Below, piece after piece: positions 39,217 through 49,530 of a DNA stretch of 64,000 bases. The translations under genes were made by a program, and so were the position numbers. Numbering within the stretch: the stretch's first letter is position 1; the number at the start of each line of letters is the position of its first letter. The DNA is taken from assembly GCA_947041165.1 (NCBI GenBank), contig CAMRCY010000003.1, positions 24,257 to 88,256 of the forward strand, given 5' to 3'. The stretch is from an uncultured Deferribacteraceae bacterium. GTDB taxonomy: Bacteria > Chrysiogenota > Deferribacteres > Deferribacterales > Mucispirillaceae. The notes beneath the pieces are model-generated. The model was not told where the DNA came from, searched no databases, and worked only from the letters and a program-made list of their open reading frames with translations.

Positions 39217-39364
39217 CAATATACTACCTAGAGCAATGTGATATAATATTAAGTAATGTAATACAATGTTACGTAATGTTATTAATATAAATTTGAGATA
39301 GTACGACTTATTAAGTCACAAAAATTATCTCATCTATTTTAAAAGAAAATAATATGGACGGTTT

Positions 39365-40495
39365 ATGAGTAAAAGTAAAGATTTCTATCAAATTTTAGAA
39401 GTATCAAAATCAGCAACAGCTGAAGAGATAAAAAAGAACTATAAAAAATTAGCAAAAAAATATCATCCAGATATTCATCCAGATGATAAAGAAGCAGAGA
39501 TAAAGTTTAAAGAGTTATCAGAGGCGTATGCTGTACTGTCTGATGTTGAAAAACGTAAAGATTATAACTCTATTGGACATGAAGCTTTCACATCATCAGG
39601 ACAAGGAAATAATTTTAGAAATATGAACTCAGAAGATATGAGATCATTTAGGTTTGGTGGCAACACATCGTTTGAAGATATTTTCGGCGACTCATTTGGT
39701 GGTGGTGGAAGAAGACGAACAAGAAAGAAAAGAACTCCTGCAAACCAACAAGGTGAAGATAAATTATATGCAGTTACTGTTGATCTTGATGACGCTATAA
39801 CTGGATCTATAATTGAACTATCTATTACACGCCGTGAGAAGTGTAAACAGTGTAGCGGTGCGACTGGTACAAAAGGTAAATGTCCTGAATGTAATGGCAC
39901 AGGAGAGGATCAATCACATCAATCACATTATCAAGAGCCGTGTTATAACTGTGACGGAACTGGAGAAGCGATTGTTGAGCCGTGTAAAGTTTGTGGAGCA
40001 ACTGGACTTACACCGATATTTGAAAAGATAAAAATCACTATACCTAAAGGTATTAGAGATGGTGGTAAAATCCGTTTATCTGGTAAAGGTGATGATGGAC
40101 GTGGAACTGGTAAAAGTGGAGATCTATACATTGAGATAAATATCAACGAACATCCTGTCTATACTCGTGACGGCGATAATCTATATCTCAATTTAGATGT
40201 AGATATTTTTGAAGCATTATTAGGTGCAAAAATCACAGTACCGACTCCTTATGGAGAGGTTGCATTAAACATACCTAAAGGAAGCGACAACGATCAGAAA
40301 TTTAGATTAAAATCTAGAGGAATGCCTAAAATGAAGTCAGATGAGTTTGGAGATCTATATGTTGTGATCCATGTTAAAACTCCTAAAATAGAGGACGAAA
40401 CTATTTTAAACGATATTAAAAGTGTTATGGATAGAACAAGTCGACTAGATAGATCATCTATTTTAGATGAAGGTATGATTAAAAGAGAGATATAA
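39365..40495 (+). CDS. dnaJ: DnaJ-class chaperone (type I: J domain, G/F region, four CxxCxG zinc motifs, C-terminal domains)
   Basis: 376 aa; DFYQILEV...KKLAKKYHPD (HPD motif), CKQCSG / CPECNG / CYNCDG / CKVCGATG. Confidence 0.8.
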   Translation: MSKSKDFYQILEVSKSATAEEIKKNYKKLAKKYHPDIHPDDKEAEIKFKELSEAYAVLSDVEKRKDYNSIGHEAFTSSGQGNNFRNMNSEDMRSFRFGGNTSFEDIFGDSFGGGGRRRTRKKRTPANQQGEDKLYAVTVDLDDAITGSIIELSITRREKCKQCSGATGTKGKCPECNGTGEDQSHQSHYQEPCYNCDGTGEAIVEPCKVCGATGLTPIFEKIKITIPKGIRDGGKIRLSGKGDDGRGTGKSGDLYIEININEHPVYTRDGDNLYLNLDVDIFEALLGAKITVPTPYGEVALNIPKGSDNDQKFRLKSRGMPKMKSDEFGDLYVVIHVKTPKIEDETILNDIKSVMDRTSRLDRSSILDEGMIKREI

Positions 40496-40565
40496 ATTTT
40501 AAAAATATTAATAAATTTTAAAATAATTGTAACACAGTTAAACCAGTAATTATAAGGATAGTGAT

Positions 40566-40931
40566 ATGGAAGAGAAGCCATTATACGTTATAAGCATTGT
40601 ATCTGATCTATTAGGTCTACATCCTCAAACTTTAAGACAGTATGAAAGATTAGGTTTTATAGATCCTTCACGAACAGTTGGAAACACTCGTTTATACTCT
40701 GAAAATGATATTGAAAAACTTAGAAAAGTTGTTTTATTAACAAGAGATAACGGTGTAAACTTGGCTGGTGTTGAAATAATCTTACAGATGCAAAAAGAGA
40801 TAGATAACTTAAACGGTCAAATCAATGTTATGATAAACACAGCTAAAAACAATTTTGATAATAATAAAAGCGCAACAGATAGATTGCCTATCAATAAAGT
40901 ATATACTAAAATAACTATTGTTAAGGAATAA
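40566..40931 (+). CDS. hspR: MerR-family heat-shock repressor HspR
   Basis: 121 aa; MerR HTH YVISIVSDLLGLHPQTLRQYERLGFIDPSRTVGNTRLYSENDIEKL; located dnaJ-hspR-clpB as in HspR regulons. Confidence 0.75.
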   Translation: MEEKPLYVISIVSDLLGLHPQTLRQYERLGFIDPSRTVGNTRLYSENDIEKLRKVVLLTRDNGVNLAGVEIILQMQKEIDNLNGQINVMINTAKNNFDNNKSATDRLPINKVYTKITIVKE

Positions 40932-40948
40932 ATCGAGGATAACTATAT

Positions 40949-43558
40949 ATGATAAATTTTAATAAATTAACTATAAAAGCACAAGAGTCGTTACAAAGTG
41001 CGATATCGCTAGCTAGTGAAAAAAATAATGGACAAGTACAGCTTGCTCATCAATTAGTTGCACTCATAAATCAAGAAGATGGATTAACTATTCCTATACT
41101 TCAAAAGATAGGGATAGATTACGATAAACTTAAAAAAGAAGTTATGGAAATTATATCTAACCTGCCTAAAGTTTCTGGAGACGTTGACACCGTTATATCT
41201 AAAGAGCTTATTAAAGTTTATGAGTTTGCTCAACAATCTGCTAAAAAAATATCTGATGAATATGTGTCTGTTGAACATATCCTTCTTGGTATTGTAGAGA
41301 ACGCTGAGTACTCATTGAAAAAAATCTTCACAGCTTTTAATATTAACGAAAAAGTGATAGAGCAAGCTTTATTAACTATTCGTAAAGGTGCAAAAGTTAC
41401 AGATCAAAACCCTGAAGATAAACTTAACGTACTAGAGAAATATACGATAGATTTAACTCAGCGTGCAAGAGATGGAAAGCTTGATCCTGTAATCGGTAGA
41501 GATGAAGAGATAAGAAGAGTTATACATGTGTTATCAAGAAGAACTAAAAACAATCCTATACTAATAGGCGAACCAGGTGTTGGTAAAACTGCAATAGCTG
41601 AAGGACTAGCTTTAAGGATTATTGATGGTGATACACCCGACTCATTAAAAGATAAAACCGTTGCAGTGCTAGACATGGGAATGCTGATCGCTGGAACAAA
41701 ATATCGTGGTGAGTTTGAAGATAGGTTAAAAGGAATTATAAAAGAGATTATCGATAGCAATGGTGGTATAATCTTATTTATAGATGAGATACATACCTTA
41801 GTCGGAGCTGGTGCAACGGAAGGTGCAATGGATGCTGCAAACATCTTAAAACCATCGCTCGCAAGAGGAGAACTCCACTGTATCGGTGCTACAACTTTAG
41901 ATGAATATAAAAAATATATAGAGAAAGATGCTGCACTTGAAAGAAGATTTCAGCCTGTTACTGTAAATGAACCATCTGTTGAAGATACTATCTCAATACT
42001 TAGAGGACTTAAAGAAAGATATGAAATTCATCATGGTGTAAGGATCAAAGATTCTGCATTAGTTGCAGCAGCACACCTTGCAAATAAGTATATAACTGAT
42101 AGGTTTATGCCTGATAAAGCGATAGATCTTATCGATGAGGCTACTGCAAAACTTAGAATGGAAATAGATTCTATGCCTCAAGAATTAGACGAATTAGAGA
42201 GGAAATTTAGACAATTAGAGGTTGAAAGACAAGCACTTAAAAAAGAAAAAGATAATGCATCTAAGATAAGGTACGATAAAATAGAGAATGAGATAGCTAA
42301 CCTTAATGATAAAATATCTGTTATCAGAGTTAAATGGAATAACGAAAAAGAAATTATATATAAAGTTAGAGATCTTAAAGAGAAAATTGAAGACACTAAA
42401 CATCAAGCTGAAAGTGCTGAACGTACAGGTGATTTTGAAGTAGCGTCAGTTCTTAAGTACGGTAAACTTGTTGATCTTCAAAAAGAACTTAAAACTTATG
42501 ATGCAAAAATGGTATCTATCCAAACTGGCACCCCGCTTCTGAAAGAAGAAGTTGATGAAGAAGATATCGCTGAAGTTGTATCTAACTGGACAAAAATTCC
42601 TGTTAAAAAACTGTTAGAAGAAGAAGTCGATAAACTTCTCAATATGGAGAGTTATCTGCATAAAAGAGTTGTTGGACAGAATATAGCTATTACAACTGTG
42701 TCTGATGCGATCAGACGTAATAGAGCTGGCTTAAACGATATAGATAAACCGATCGGGTCATTCATATTCTTAGGCCCAACAGGTGTTGGTAAAACAGAAC
42801 TTGCAAAAGCGTTAGCTGAGTTTATGTTTGATTCTGAAAGTGCGTTAATTAGAATTGATATGAGCGAATATATGGAGAAACATTCTGTTGCAAAATTGAT
42901 AGGATCGCCTCCTGGATATATCGGTTATGAAGCAGGTGGACAACTCACTGAGAAAGTTAGACGTCGTCCCTACTCTGTTATTTTATTTGATGAGATTGAA
43001 AAAGCTCATCCAGATGTTTTCAATGTACTGTTACAACTACTAGATGATGGAAGATTGACTGATGGTAAAGGTAGAGTTGTATCATTTAAAAATGCACTTA
43101 TAATAATGACTTCAAACATCGCTTCATTAAAAATACAAGAAGAATTTTCTGAAGATAAAACTATGGAAGAGAAATATAGACGAATGAGTAAAGTTGCTAT
43201 GGACGAACTCTCTGTATATTTTAAACCTGAATTTATCAACCGTATAGATGATATTATTGTGTTTCATCCTTTACAAGATGATGATATAAAAATGATTGTA
43301 AGATTAACTCTTAACAGTATTGAGAAGAGATTGGAAAGCAACTCTCTTAAAGTAACTTTTGATGAGTCAGTTGTTGATGAAATATCGAAAACTGGTTTTG
43401 ATAGATCGTACGGTGCAAGACCTATGAAAAGAATTATACAAAAGAAAATAGAAAACTTTATTGCTGATAAAATAATTAGAGGCGAAATAAAACAAAATTC
43501 TATTATTAATTTATACTATAAAGATGCACAGTTAGAGTTTACAAGCGTTGAGAATTAA
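40949..43558 (+). CDS. clpB: ATP-dependent chaperone ClpB
   Basis: 869 aa; two AAA+ modules (GEPGVGKT, GPTGVGKT), long coiled-coil middle domain. Confidence 0.9.
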   Translation: MINFNKLTIKAQESLQSAISLASEKNNGQVQLAHQLVALINQEDGLTIPILQKIGIDYDKLKKEVMEIISNLPKVSGDVDTVISKELIKVYEFAQQSAKKISDEYVSVEHILLGIVENAEYSLKKIFTAFNINEKVIEQALLTIRKGAKVTDQNPEDKLNVLEKYTIDLTQRARDGKLDPVIGRDEEIRRVIHVLSRRTKNNPILIGEPGVGKTAIAEGLALRIIDGDTPDSLKDKTVAVLDMGMLIAGTKYRGEFEDRLKGIIKEIIDSNGGIILFIDEIHTLVGAGATEGAMDAANILKPSLARGELHCIGATTLDEYKKYIEKDAALERRFQPVTVNEPSVEDTISILRGLKERYEIHHGVRIKDSALVAAAHLANKYITDRFMPDKAIDLIDEATAKLRMEIDSMPQELDELERKFRQLEVERQALKKEKDNASKIRYDKIENEIANLNDKISVIRVKWNNEKEIIYKVRDLKEKIEDTKHQAESAERTGDFEVASVLKYGKLVDLQKELKTYDAKMVSIQTGTPLLKEEVDEEDIAEVVSNWTKIPVKKLLEEEVDKLLNMESYLHKRVVGQNIAITTVSDAIRRNRAGLNDIDKPIGSFIFLGPTGVGKTELAKALAEFMFDSESALIRIDMSEYMEKHSVAKLIGSPPGYIGYEAGGQLTEKVRRRPYSVILFDEIEKAHPDVFNVLLQLLDDGRLTDGKGRVVSFKNALIIMTSNIASLKIQEEFSEDKTMEEKYRRMSKVAMDELSVYFKPEFINRIDDIIVFHPLQDDDIKMIVRLTLNSIEKRLESNSLKVTFDESVVDEISKTGFDRSYGARPMKRIIQKKIENFIADKIIRGEIKQNSIINLYYKDAQLEFTSVEN

Positions 43559-43612
43559 TCAACTTTAAAAACTCCTAAGTGATTTTTAGTTATGGAGCTT
43601 ATTGGATAAAAA

Positions 43613-44884
43613 ATGACGAAAAAAACGCCTAAAAAAATCGGTAATGATGATCGTCTTGATACTGATCTTGAAAGTAAAGATCACGATATTATAAAAGATG
43701 ATATTAACGAGCTTAATAACCTAACCGAGCTTGATGATATAGCTGAGCTTGATAGTATAGTTGAGCTTGATGATATAGCTGAGCTTGACGATATAGTCGA
43801 GCTTGATAATATAGCTGAGCTTGACGAGATTAACGAGATTAATAACCTAGATGAAATTCAAAATCTAGCTGAACTTGATAACCTAGATGAACTTGATGAT
43901 AGTGATGACATTGACGAAACTGAGAGTATAAACGAACTTGATGTTCTAGATGAGCTTGAAAGTCTAGAATTAATTCCAACTGACATACAATCAGTTGAAC
44001 CGATTGATATTCTTGATAATATTGAAAAACAAGATAAAATTGATGATAAAAAATCATATGTAAATAATGATATCACTGCACAATACTATAAAAATATCGC
44101 TCAATATAAACCTTTAACTTTAGAGCAAGAATTGGTACTAGGCAGAAAGATTAAAAAAGGTGATAAAAATGCCTTAATGGAACTTCTGCTTGCGAACCTT
44201 AAATTTGTTGTATCGATTGCCTTGAAATATAAGAATACATCTGTACCTATTCCTGATCTAATTAATCAAGGTAATATCGGTTTATTAGAAGCTGCAAAAA
44301 GATATAAGCCAGAGAAAAAAGTTAAGTTTATAACTTACGCTGTGTGGTGGATAAGACAATCTATAATCAGTTGTTTGTCGGACAATATCGGGTCAGTAAA
44401 GTTATCGCTAAAGCACAGCAGTTTACTTTATAAAATCAATGCTACATCTGAGCGTTTAACAAAAGAGCTTAAACGTGCTCCTCATAATGACGAGATCGCT
44501 GCACAACTTAATGTATCTGAAGAGCAAGTTGATGCGATCTATCGTGTTTCTAAAGGAACTCTATCGCTTGATTCTCCAATATCTGGCGATAACGACACAT
44601 CGTTTATTGACAGTCTTGAAGATAAAGGAATGAGTACGGAAGATCTTCTTATTCAAAATATGTTAAAAGTATCTTTACATGATATTGTGTCAGAGCTTGA
44701 TGAAAGAGAAGGAAAAATCATCGCATTAAGATTTGGTTTAGATGGAGAAGATTCATTAACTCTTGAAGAAGTTGGTCAAAAATTATCAATATCAAGAGAG
44801 CGAGTAAGACAGTTAGAAACAAGAGCATTAGATAAACTTAAAAAGAAAGCTATGAAGAAAAAATTGAACGATTATTTATATTAA
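43613..44884 (+). CDS. sigma-70 family RNA polymerase sigma factor (group 1/2-like) with repetitive acidic N-terminus
   Basis: 423 aa; regions 1.2-4.2 present (YYKNIAQYKPLTLEQE, ITYAVWWIRQSI, TLEEVGQKLSISRERVRQLETRALDKLKK); N-terminal ~90 aa of ELD(D/N)I(A/V) repeats. Confidence 0.8.
   Translation: MTKKTPKKIGNDDRLDTDLESKDHDIIKDDINELNNLTELDDIAELDSIVELDDIAELDDIVELDNIAELDEINEINNLDEIQNLAELDNLDELDDSDDIDETESINELDVLDELESLELIPTDIQSVEPIDILDNIEKQDKIDDKKSYVNNDITAQYYKNIAQYKPLTLEQELVLGRKIKKGDKNALMELLLANLKFVVSIALKYKNTSVPIPDLINQGNIGLLEAAKRYKPEKKVKFITYAVWWIRQSIISCLSDNIGSVKLSLKHSSLLYKINATSERLTKELKRAPHNDEIAAQLNVSEEQVDAIYRVSKGTLSLDSPISGDNDTSFIDSLEDKGMSTEDLLIQNMLKVSLHDIVSELDEREGKIIALRFGLDGEDSLTLEEVGQKLSISRERVRQLETRALDKLKKKAMKKKLNDYLY
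43715..43975 (+). repeat. in-frame 18/21-bp imperfect coding repeats (gagcttgatgatatagct...) encoding acidic (A/V)ELDDI units
   Basis: Read directly in sigma factor 5' region. Confidence 0.8.
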
Positions 44885-45049
44885 CAAATCATTTAGCACG
44901 ACTATCTTTATGTGCAACTATGTAGCCACGATTAACTTTATAGATAGTTATTAAGGCACGTATATTTTTACTCATAATTAAGCTAATTATATTCCCTCAA
45001 GCACGTTAACATTATCAACCATTACTCAAACAAATTAAGCTAATTATAT

Positions 45050-45598
45050 TCACTCAAGCACACCAACTTTCCTTGCCTTAGTCCAATCAAGATTACTGAA
45101 ATTATCCGACTCTTTAATTTCATAAAGATCTAAACCAATTGTTGAAAGACCCATATATTTAAAGTTTCCATTTGTTTCATTTTCATATATAGCCTTAGTT
45201 TCAGATAACGCTTGCTTAAATTCAAACGCATTTTTTGTAGGTTGATATAAAGTAAGATACTTTCTACCTGTTTCTGGATCAAAATATTTCTGACACGCAT
45301 CTATTGTTTTTCCTTTCACAAAGCCAAGAAATAACGGACTATAATCAACTGTAATTTCACCAACTTTCTTAGCACCAACCCAGCTTATATTTTCTATATT
45401 ATCGACATCTTCAGTTGTAACATATAACACACCTTCTCTAATTTCATGACCGTAATAAAATTCTCGATGTTGTAATTTATACACAGCTTTAGTCAATGAC
45501 ACCTCTTTCACATAAACATATGTTCTTCGTGTGTAATCAATATAATGTTTGCCACCATCATTATGATATGAGAGGTAACTTCCATCAACATCAATCAA
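45050..45598 (-). CDS. hypothetical protein, probably a lipoprotein with start further upstream (non-ATG)
   Basis: 182-aa ORF from ATG; in-frame upstream extension encodes KKLLILLCIQLFILSCG (signal peptide plus lipobox) after AAGGA-N7-ATT, with no ATG/GTG/TTG available. Confidence 0.45.
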   Translation of the reverse strand: MIDVDGSYLSYHNDGGKHYIDYTRRTYVYVKEVSLTKAVYKLQHREFYYGHEIREGVLYVTTEDVDNIENISWVGAKKVGEITVDYSPLFLGFVKGKTIDACQKYFDPETGRKYLTLYQPTKNAFEFKQALSETKAIYENETNGNFKYMGLSTIGLDLYEIKESDNFSNLDWTKARKVGVLE

Positions 45599-46005
45599 TA
45601 ATTTATTCGCAACCTGTACGAGAAAGTTTGATGGTTTATTTACATCATCTTTATTATCATCAGTATTAGTTGAAATATCTCCACATGATAAAATAAATAA
45701 CTGAATACACAGTAAAATTAATAATTTTTTAATAAAAATATCCTTAAATAGTTTTCAATTTGTCGTATAATTAAATATTATGTTATTATAAAGTAATGTC
45801 AATATAAAGATATGTTTAAGTCAATAATGTTCAATAAATCATGTTTGATTATAAATATATTTAAACTACTTTATAACGATAAAATTTATAATCATAAACA
45901 ATTTATCTAAACTTTAACAGATAATATTAACTTGTTTTTATATTTAAAAAACTGTAAAGTAGTTTTAATATATAGTATATTTATAACTCAATAGATAAAG
46001 GTATT

Positions 46006-46482
46006 TTGATGAAAAATTATGAATTTGTATTTTCAATAAAAGGTTTTGCAGTTTTTTTTGCAGTGATGTTGCCAAATATACTTTGGATAGCCTATCCTCC
46101 TGCAAACGATCTACTGATAACGAACTTAAGTGACTTCCCTGCTCTAAACAATACTATGTTTATATCTCAATGGATCATGCTCGCACTACTTATGATATTA
46201 AGCAGAAAAACAGAGATAGAAACAGGTACAGAAACAGAGATAAATAATGGCACAAACAAATTTTATATAATATGTTGTACAGTATCACTTATAGGATACT
46301 ATATATTTTGGGTATTATATTACATGGCGATTATTTCACCTATCGTATTTATGGGAATGGCTATTTGTCCTTCAATATTTTTTATCATGTTTTCATTACT
46401 ACAAAAAAATAATTTAGCTCTCATTCCAGCGATAATTTATGCTGTTCTACATATCGGAATTACATACTCTAACTTACCATAA
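46006..46482 (+). CDS. hypothetical integral membrane protein
   Basis: 158 aa, 4 predicted TM helices, no recognisable family. Confidence 0.4.
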   Translation: MMKNYEFVFSIKGFAVFFAVMLPNILWIAYPPANDLLITNLSDFPALNNTMFISQWIMLALLMILSRKTEIETGTETEINNGTNKFYIICCTVSLIGYYIFWVLYYMAIISPIVFMGMAICPSIFFIMFSLLQKNNLALIPAIIYAVLHIGITYSNLP

Positions 46483-46599
46483 TTTTTTACCCTACTGTAA
46501 AAGATGAGAAAGTATGATAGCTTATATGAAAAATTAATAAGTTGAATATTGTAATCTTAGCTGAGCTATCATATAATACGTGCTCACCCCCAACAACCA

Positions 46600-46645
46600 T
46601 TATAACAAATAAAAAGAGAGTGCTACATTACGCAACACTCTCTTA
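46600..46645 (-). terminator. rho-independent terminator downstream of potD (pot operon end)
   Basis: 9-bp stem aagagagtg/cactctctt with 13-nt loop; on minus strand followed by tttttatttgtt. Confidence 0.65.
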
Positions 46646-46762
46646 TCTAACTTATATCTAACTCATACTTAATTCATCTTGATTAATTATCAATTTCTAT
46701 TTAGTTTAGATCAACTCAATACAATCAATACTCAATCTGCTGAACAAATGCACAACAATAAT

Positions 46763-47812
46763 CTAGTTTACTGTTTTAAGTTGTTCCCAATATTTTTCAT
46801 AAACTATAATTGATTCAAACACATCATTTTGAAATTCTATCTTATTCATCTCTTCTTGTGAAGGATATAGAATATCACTTTCTGCTATATCTTTTGGTAA
46901 AAATTCTCTAGATTTTGGAGATGGTGATGCGTATCCATACTCCTCAGATATTCTAGCTGAAATATCAGGGCGTAGAAGAAAGTTAATTAACTTATAAGCA
47001 TTATCTTTATTATCTGCACCAACTGGTATAGCGTAACAATCACCCCAACCTATAGCGCCCTCTTTTGGATAAATAAATTTGATATCAGGATTTTCTTTTG
47101 CTGCCATGAAAACTTCTCCACCCCATACAAGTCCGATATAAACTTCTTCATTCAATAAAGGAACTTTAGGTGAATCTGAATTAAATAATCGAATAGACGG
47201 ATAAAGTTTTACAAGCTCATTATACGCTGCTTCAATCTCTTTAGGATCAGTACTGTTTCCTGAGTAACCAAGCGATGTTAAACCGATATGGAAAACTTCT
47301 CTTATATCATTTTGTACGATAACTTTACCTTTATATTCTGCGTCCCATAGATCTTTCCAAGATGTTACATTATCTGGATTGATAAATTTTGAGTTAACAG
47401 CAATACCAGTTATACCCCACATGAACGGTATAGAATATTTATTGCCTTTATCATATGATTGGTTAAGAAGTGCTTTATCAAGCTCTTTAACATTAGGCAG
47501 TTTACTTAAATCCATAGGTGCTAATAAACCATCTTTTATCATCTTAGCTATATAATAAGTTGAAGGAAAAATAAGATCATATCCTGAACCTTTCAACAGC
47601 TTAACTTTAGAGTACATAGACTCATTGCTATCATATGTTGAGTAGACAACTTCGATACCAGTTTCTTTCTCAAAATCTTCTAATATATCTTCCGATATAT
47701 ACTCTGCCCAATTAAAAACGTTAACTACTTCTTTATTCTTTTTCTTGCAACCTGAAATAGTTAGAACTGAAAATGCTACTAAAAGCAAAACTAATAAATA
47801 CTGTTTTCTCAT
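46763..47812 (-). CDS. potD: spermidine/putrescine ABC transporter periplasmic binding protein PotD
   Basis: 349 aa; signal/lipoprotein start (LLVAFSVLTISGC), PotD/PotF family motifs, last gene of potABCD order. Confidence 0.85.
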   Translation of the reverse strand: MRKQYLLVLLLVAFSVLTISGCKKKNKEVVNVFNWAEYISEDILEDFEKETGIEVVYSTYDSNESMYSKVKLLKGSGYDLIFPSTYYIAKMIKDGLLAPMDLSKLPNVKELDKALLNQSYDKGNKYSIPFMWGITGIAVNSKFINPDNVTSWKDLWDAEYKGKVIVQNDIREVFHIGLTSLGYSGNSTDPKEIEAAYNELVKLYPSIRLFNSDSPKVPLLNEEVYIGLVWGGEVFMAAKENPDIKFIYPKEGAIGWGDCYAIPVGADNKDNAYKLINFLLRPDISARISEEYGYASPSPKSREFLPKDIAESDILYPSQEEMNKIEFQNDVFESIIVYEKYWEQLKTVN

Positions 47813-47890
47813 AATTATTTATCTCCCCTATTCTATAATTTTAATACTCATCAATTTACTCAATTGTATTAAAATATTTTTTTATAAATT

Positions 47891-48676
47891 TTATTTAATT
47901 TTGGTTTTAGTTTTATCTCTTAATAATATCTGTGAGATAACTATTAAGACAAATGACAATCCAAATATAATCGTACTCAATGCATTAACCTCAGGAGTTA
48001 CACCTAATCGTACCATCGAATATATTTTTAACGGTAAAACTTCATACCCTGGACCTGTTGTAAAAAATGATCCTATCGAGTCATCCATTGATATCGTAAA
48101 TGATAATAACCAACCAGCAACGACAGCTGGTAAAATTGACGGCAATATAATATACCAAAATGTTTTTAAACTATCAGCCCCTAAATCTTTCGCAGCTTCA
48201 ATAATATTTTTATCAAAACCTGCAAGTCTTGAGAACAACGCTATCACTACAAACGGTAGACTAAAAGTTACATGCGTTATTAATAGTGTTGTAAAACCAA
48301 GTGGCATATCTATCACTAAAAACAGTATCAACAACGATATCCCCATAACAATATCTGGCGACATCAACACAACATATATCAACGTTAATAAAAAGTTTTT
48401 ACCAAAAAAATTAAACCTAAATATAGATACCGATGCTAAAGTGCCTATCACAGTTGCAAGCGTTGCAACAGAAATAGCTAACACAAATGAATTAAGTGCA
48501 GCTTCAACTAATCCTTTATTATCAAATAGTTTGACATACCATTCTAAAGTAAACTCACCAATCGAAGTACCATACCTTGATGAATTAAATGATAGGAAAA
48601 TAAGTATGATTAATGGTATATACAAAAACAGATACACCATCCATAAGTAGATATTTTTAAAATATTTTTTACTCAT
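47891..48676 (-). CDS. potC: spermidine/putrescine ABC transporter permease PotC
   Basis: 261 aa; 6 TM, ABC permease EAA-like motif (EAAKDLGADSLKTFWYIILP). Confidence 0.85.
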   Translation of the reverse strand: MSKKYFKNIYLWMVYLFLYIPLIILIFLSFNSSRYGTSIGEFTLEWYVKLFDNKGLVEAALNSFVLAISVATLATVIGTLASVSIFRFNFFGKNFLLTLIYVVLMSPDIVMGISLLILFLVIDMPLGFTTLLITHVTFSLPFVVIALFSRLAGFDKNIIEAAKDLGADSLKTFWYIILPSILPAVVAGWLLSFTISMDDSIGSFFTTGPGYEVLPLKIYSMVRLGVTPEVNALSTIIFGLSFVLIVISQILLRDKTKTKIK

Positions 48677-48678
48677 AT

Positions 48679-49530
48679 CTACAACACCTTACTATTAATT
48701 TTCTTAGCAGATTTATAATAAGCAAATAACATAAATGCCATAATTATCATCAACAAGTTTGACACAGCTGCTCCAAACGGCCAGTTTCTTGCAAGTAAAA
48801 ATTGATCCTTAACCAAGTTACCTATAAGTAGATTTTTTGCTCCACCTAAAATATCTGGGATATAAAATAAACCTAATGATGGTAAAAATACTAACAGACA
48901 ACCAGCTATTATTCCTGGCACAGTTAAAGGTATAATTATATACATGAAAACTTTCAATCTGCTTGCACCAAGATCACCTGCTGCCTCAATATATCTCACA
49001 TCAAGTTTATCTATAGTTGCATAAAGTGGCAAAATCATAAATGGTAGAAGTGTATAAACTAACCCCAATATCACAGCACCTTCTGTGTATAAAAGATTTA
49101 AAGGTGCATCAATTATCCCTATATTTTCAAGCACAGTATTTATTATTCCGTTCGTTGTTAATAAAACTTTTATCGCATATGTACGAATTAATGCCGATGT
49201 CCAATATGGAATAATTACGAGTATTGCAAGTAATGATTTATATTTAAAATTTGATCTAGCAAGTATATATGCAAACGGATAACCGATTACAAGAACTAAA
49301 ACTGTGGTGATCGTTGCCATTTTAAATGAGTTAAATAGAACTTGAAAATATAGCGAACTAAAAAATGATTTATAGTTATTAAGTGTAAAAGCTACATCGA
49401 AAAAACCTGTTTCACTTCTTTCAAAAAAACTTATTATAAACATCATTATGTTAGGTATGAACGCAAAAATTAAAAGCCATAAAGCTATAATTGCGACAGT
49501 AACAACATTGAAAAAATTACGTTCTTTCAT
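48679..49530 (-). CDS. potB: spermidine/putrescine ABC transporter permease PotB
   Basis: 283 aa; 6 TM, EAA motif (EAAGDLGASRLKVFMYIIIP). Confidence 0.85.
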   Translation of the reverse strand: MKERNFFNVVTVAIIALWLLIFAFIPNIMMFIISFFERSETGFFDVAFTLNNYKSFFSSLYFQVLFNSFKMATITTVLVLVIGYPFAYILARSNFKYKSLLAILVIIPYWTSALIRTYAIKVLLTTNGIINTVLENIGIIDAPLNLLYTEGAVILGLVYTLLPFMILPLYATIDKLDVRYIEAAGDLGASRLKVFMYIIIPLTVPGIIAGCLLVFLPSLGLFYIPDILGGAKNLLIGNLVKDQFLLARNWPFGAAVSNLLMIIMAFMLFAYYKSAKKINSKVL

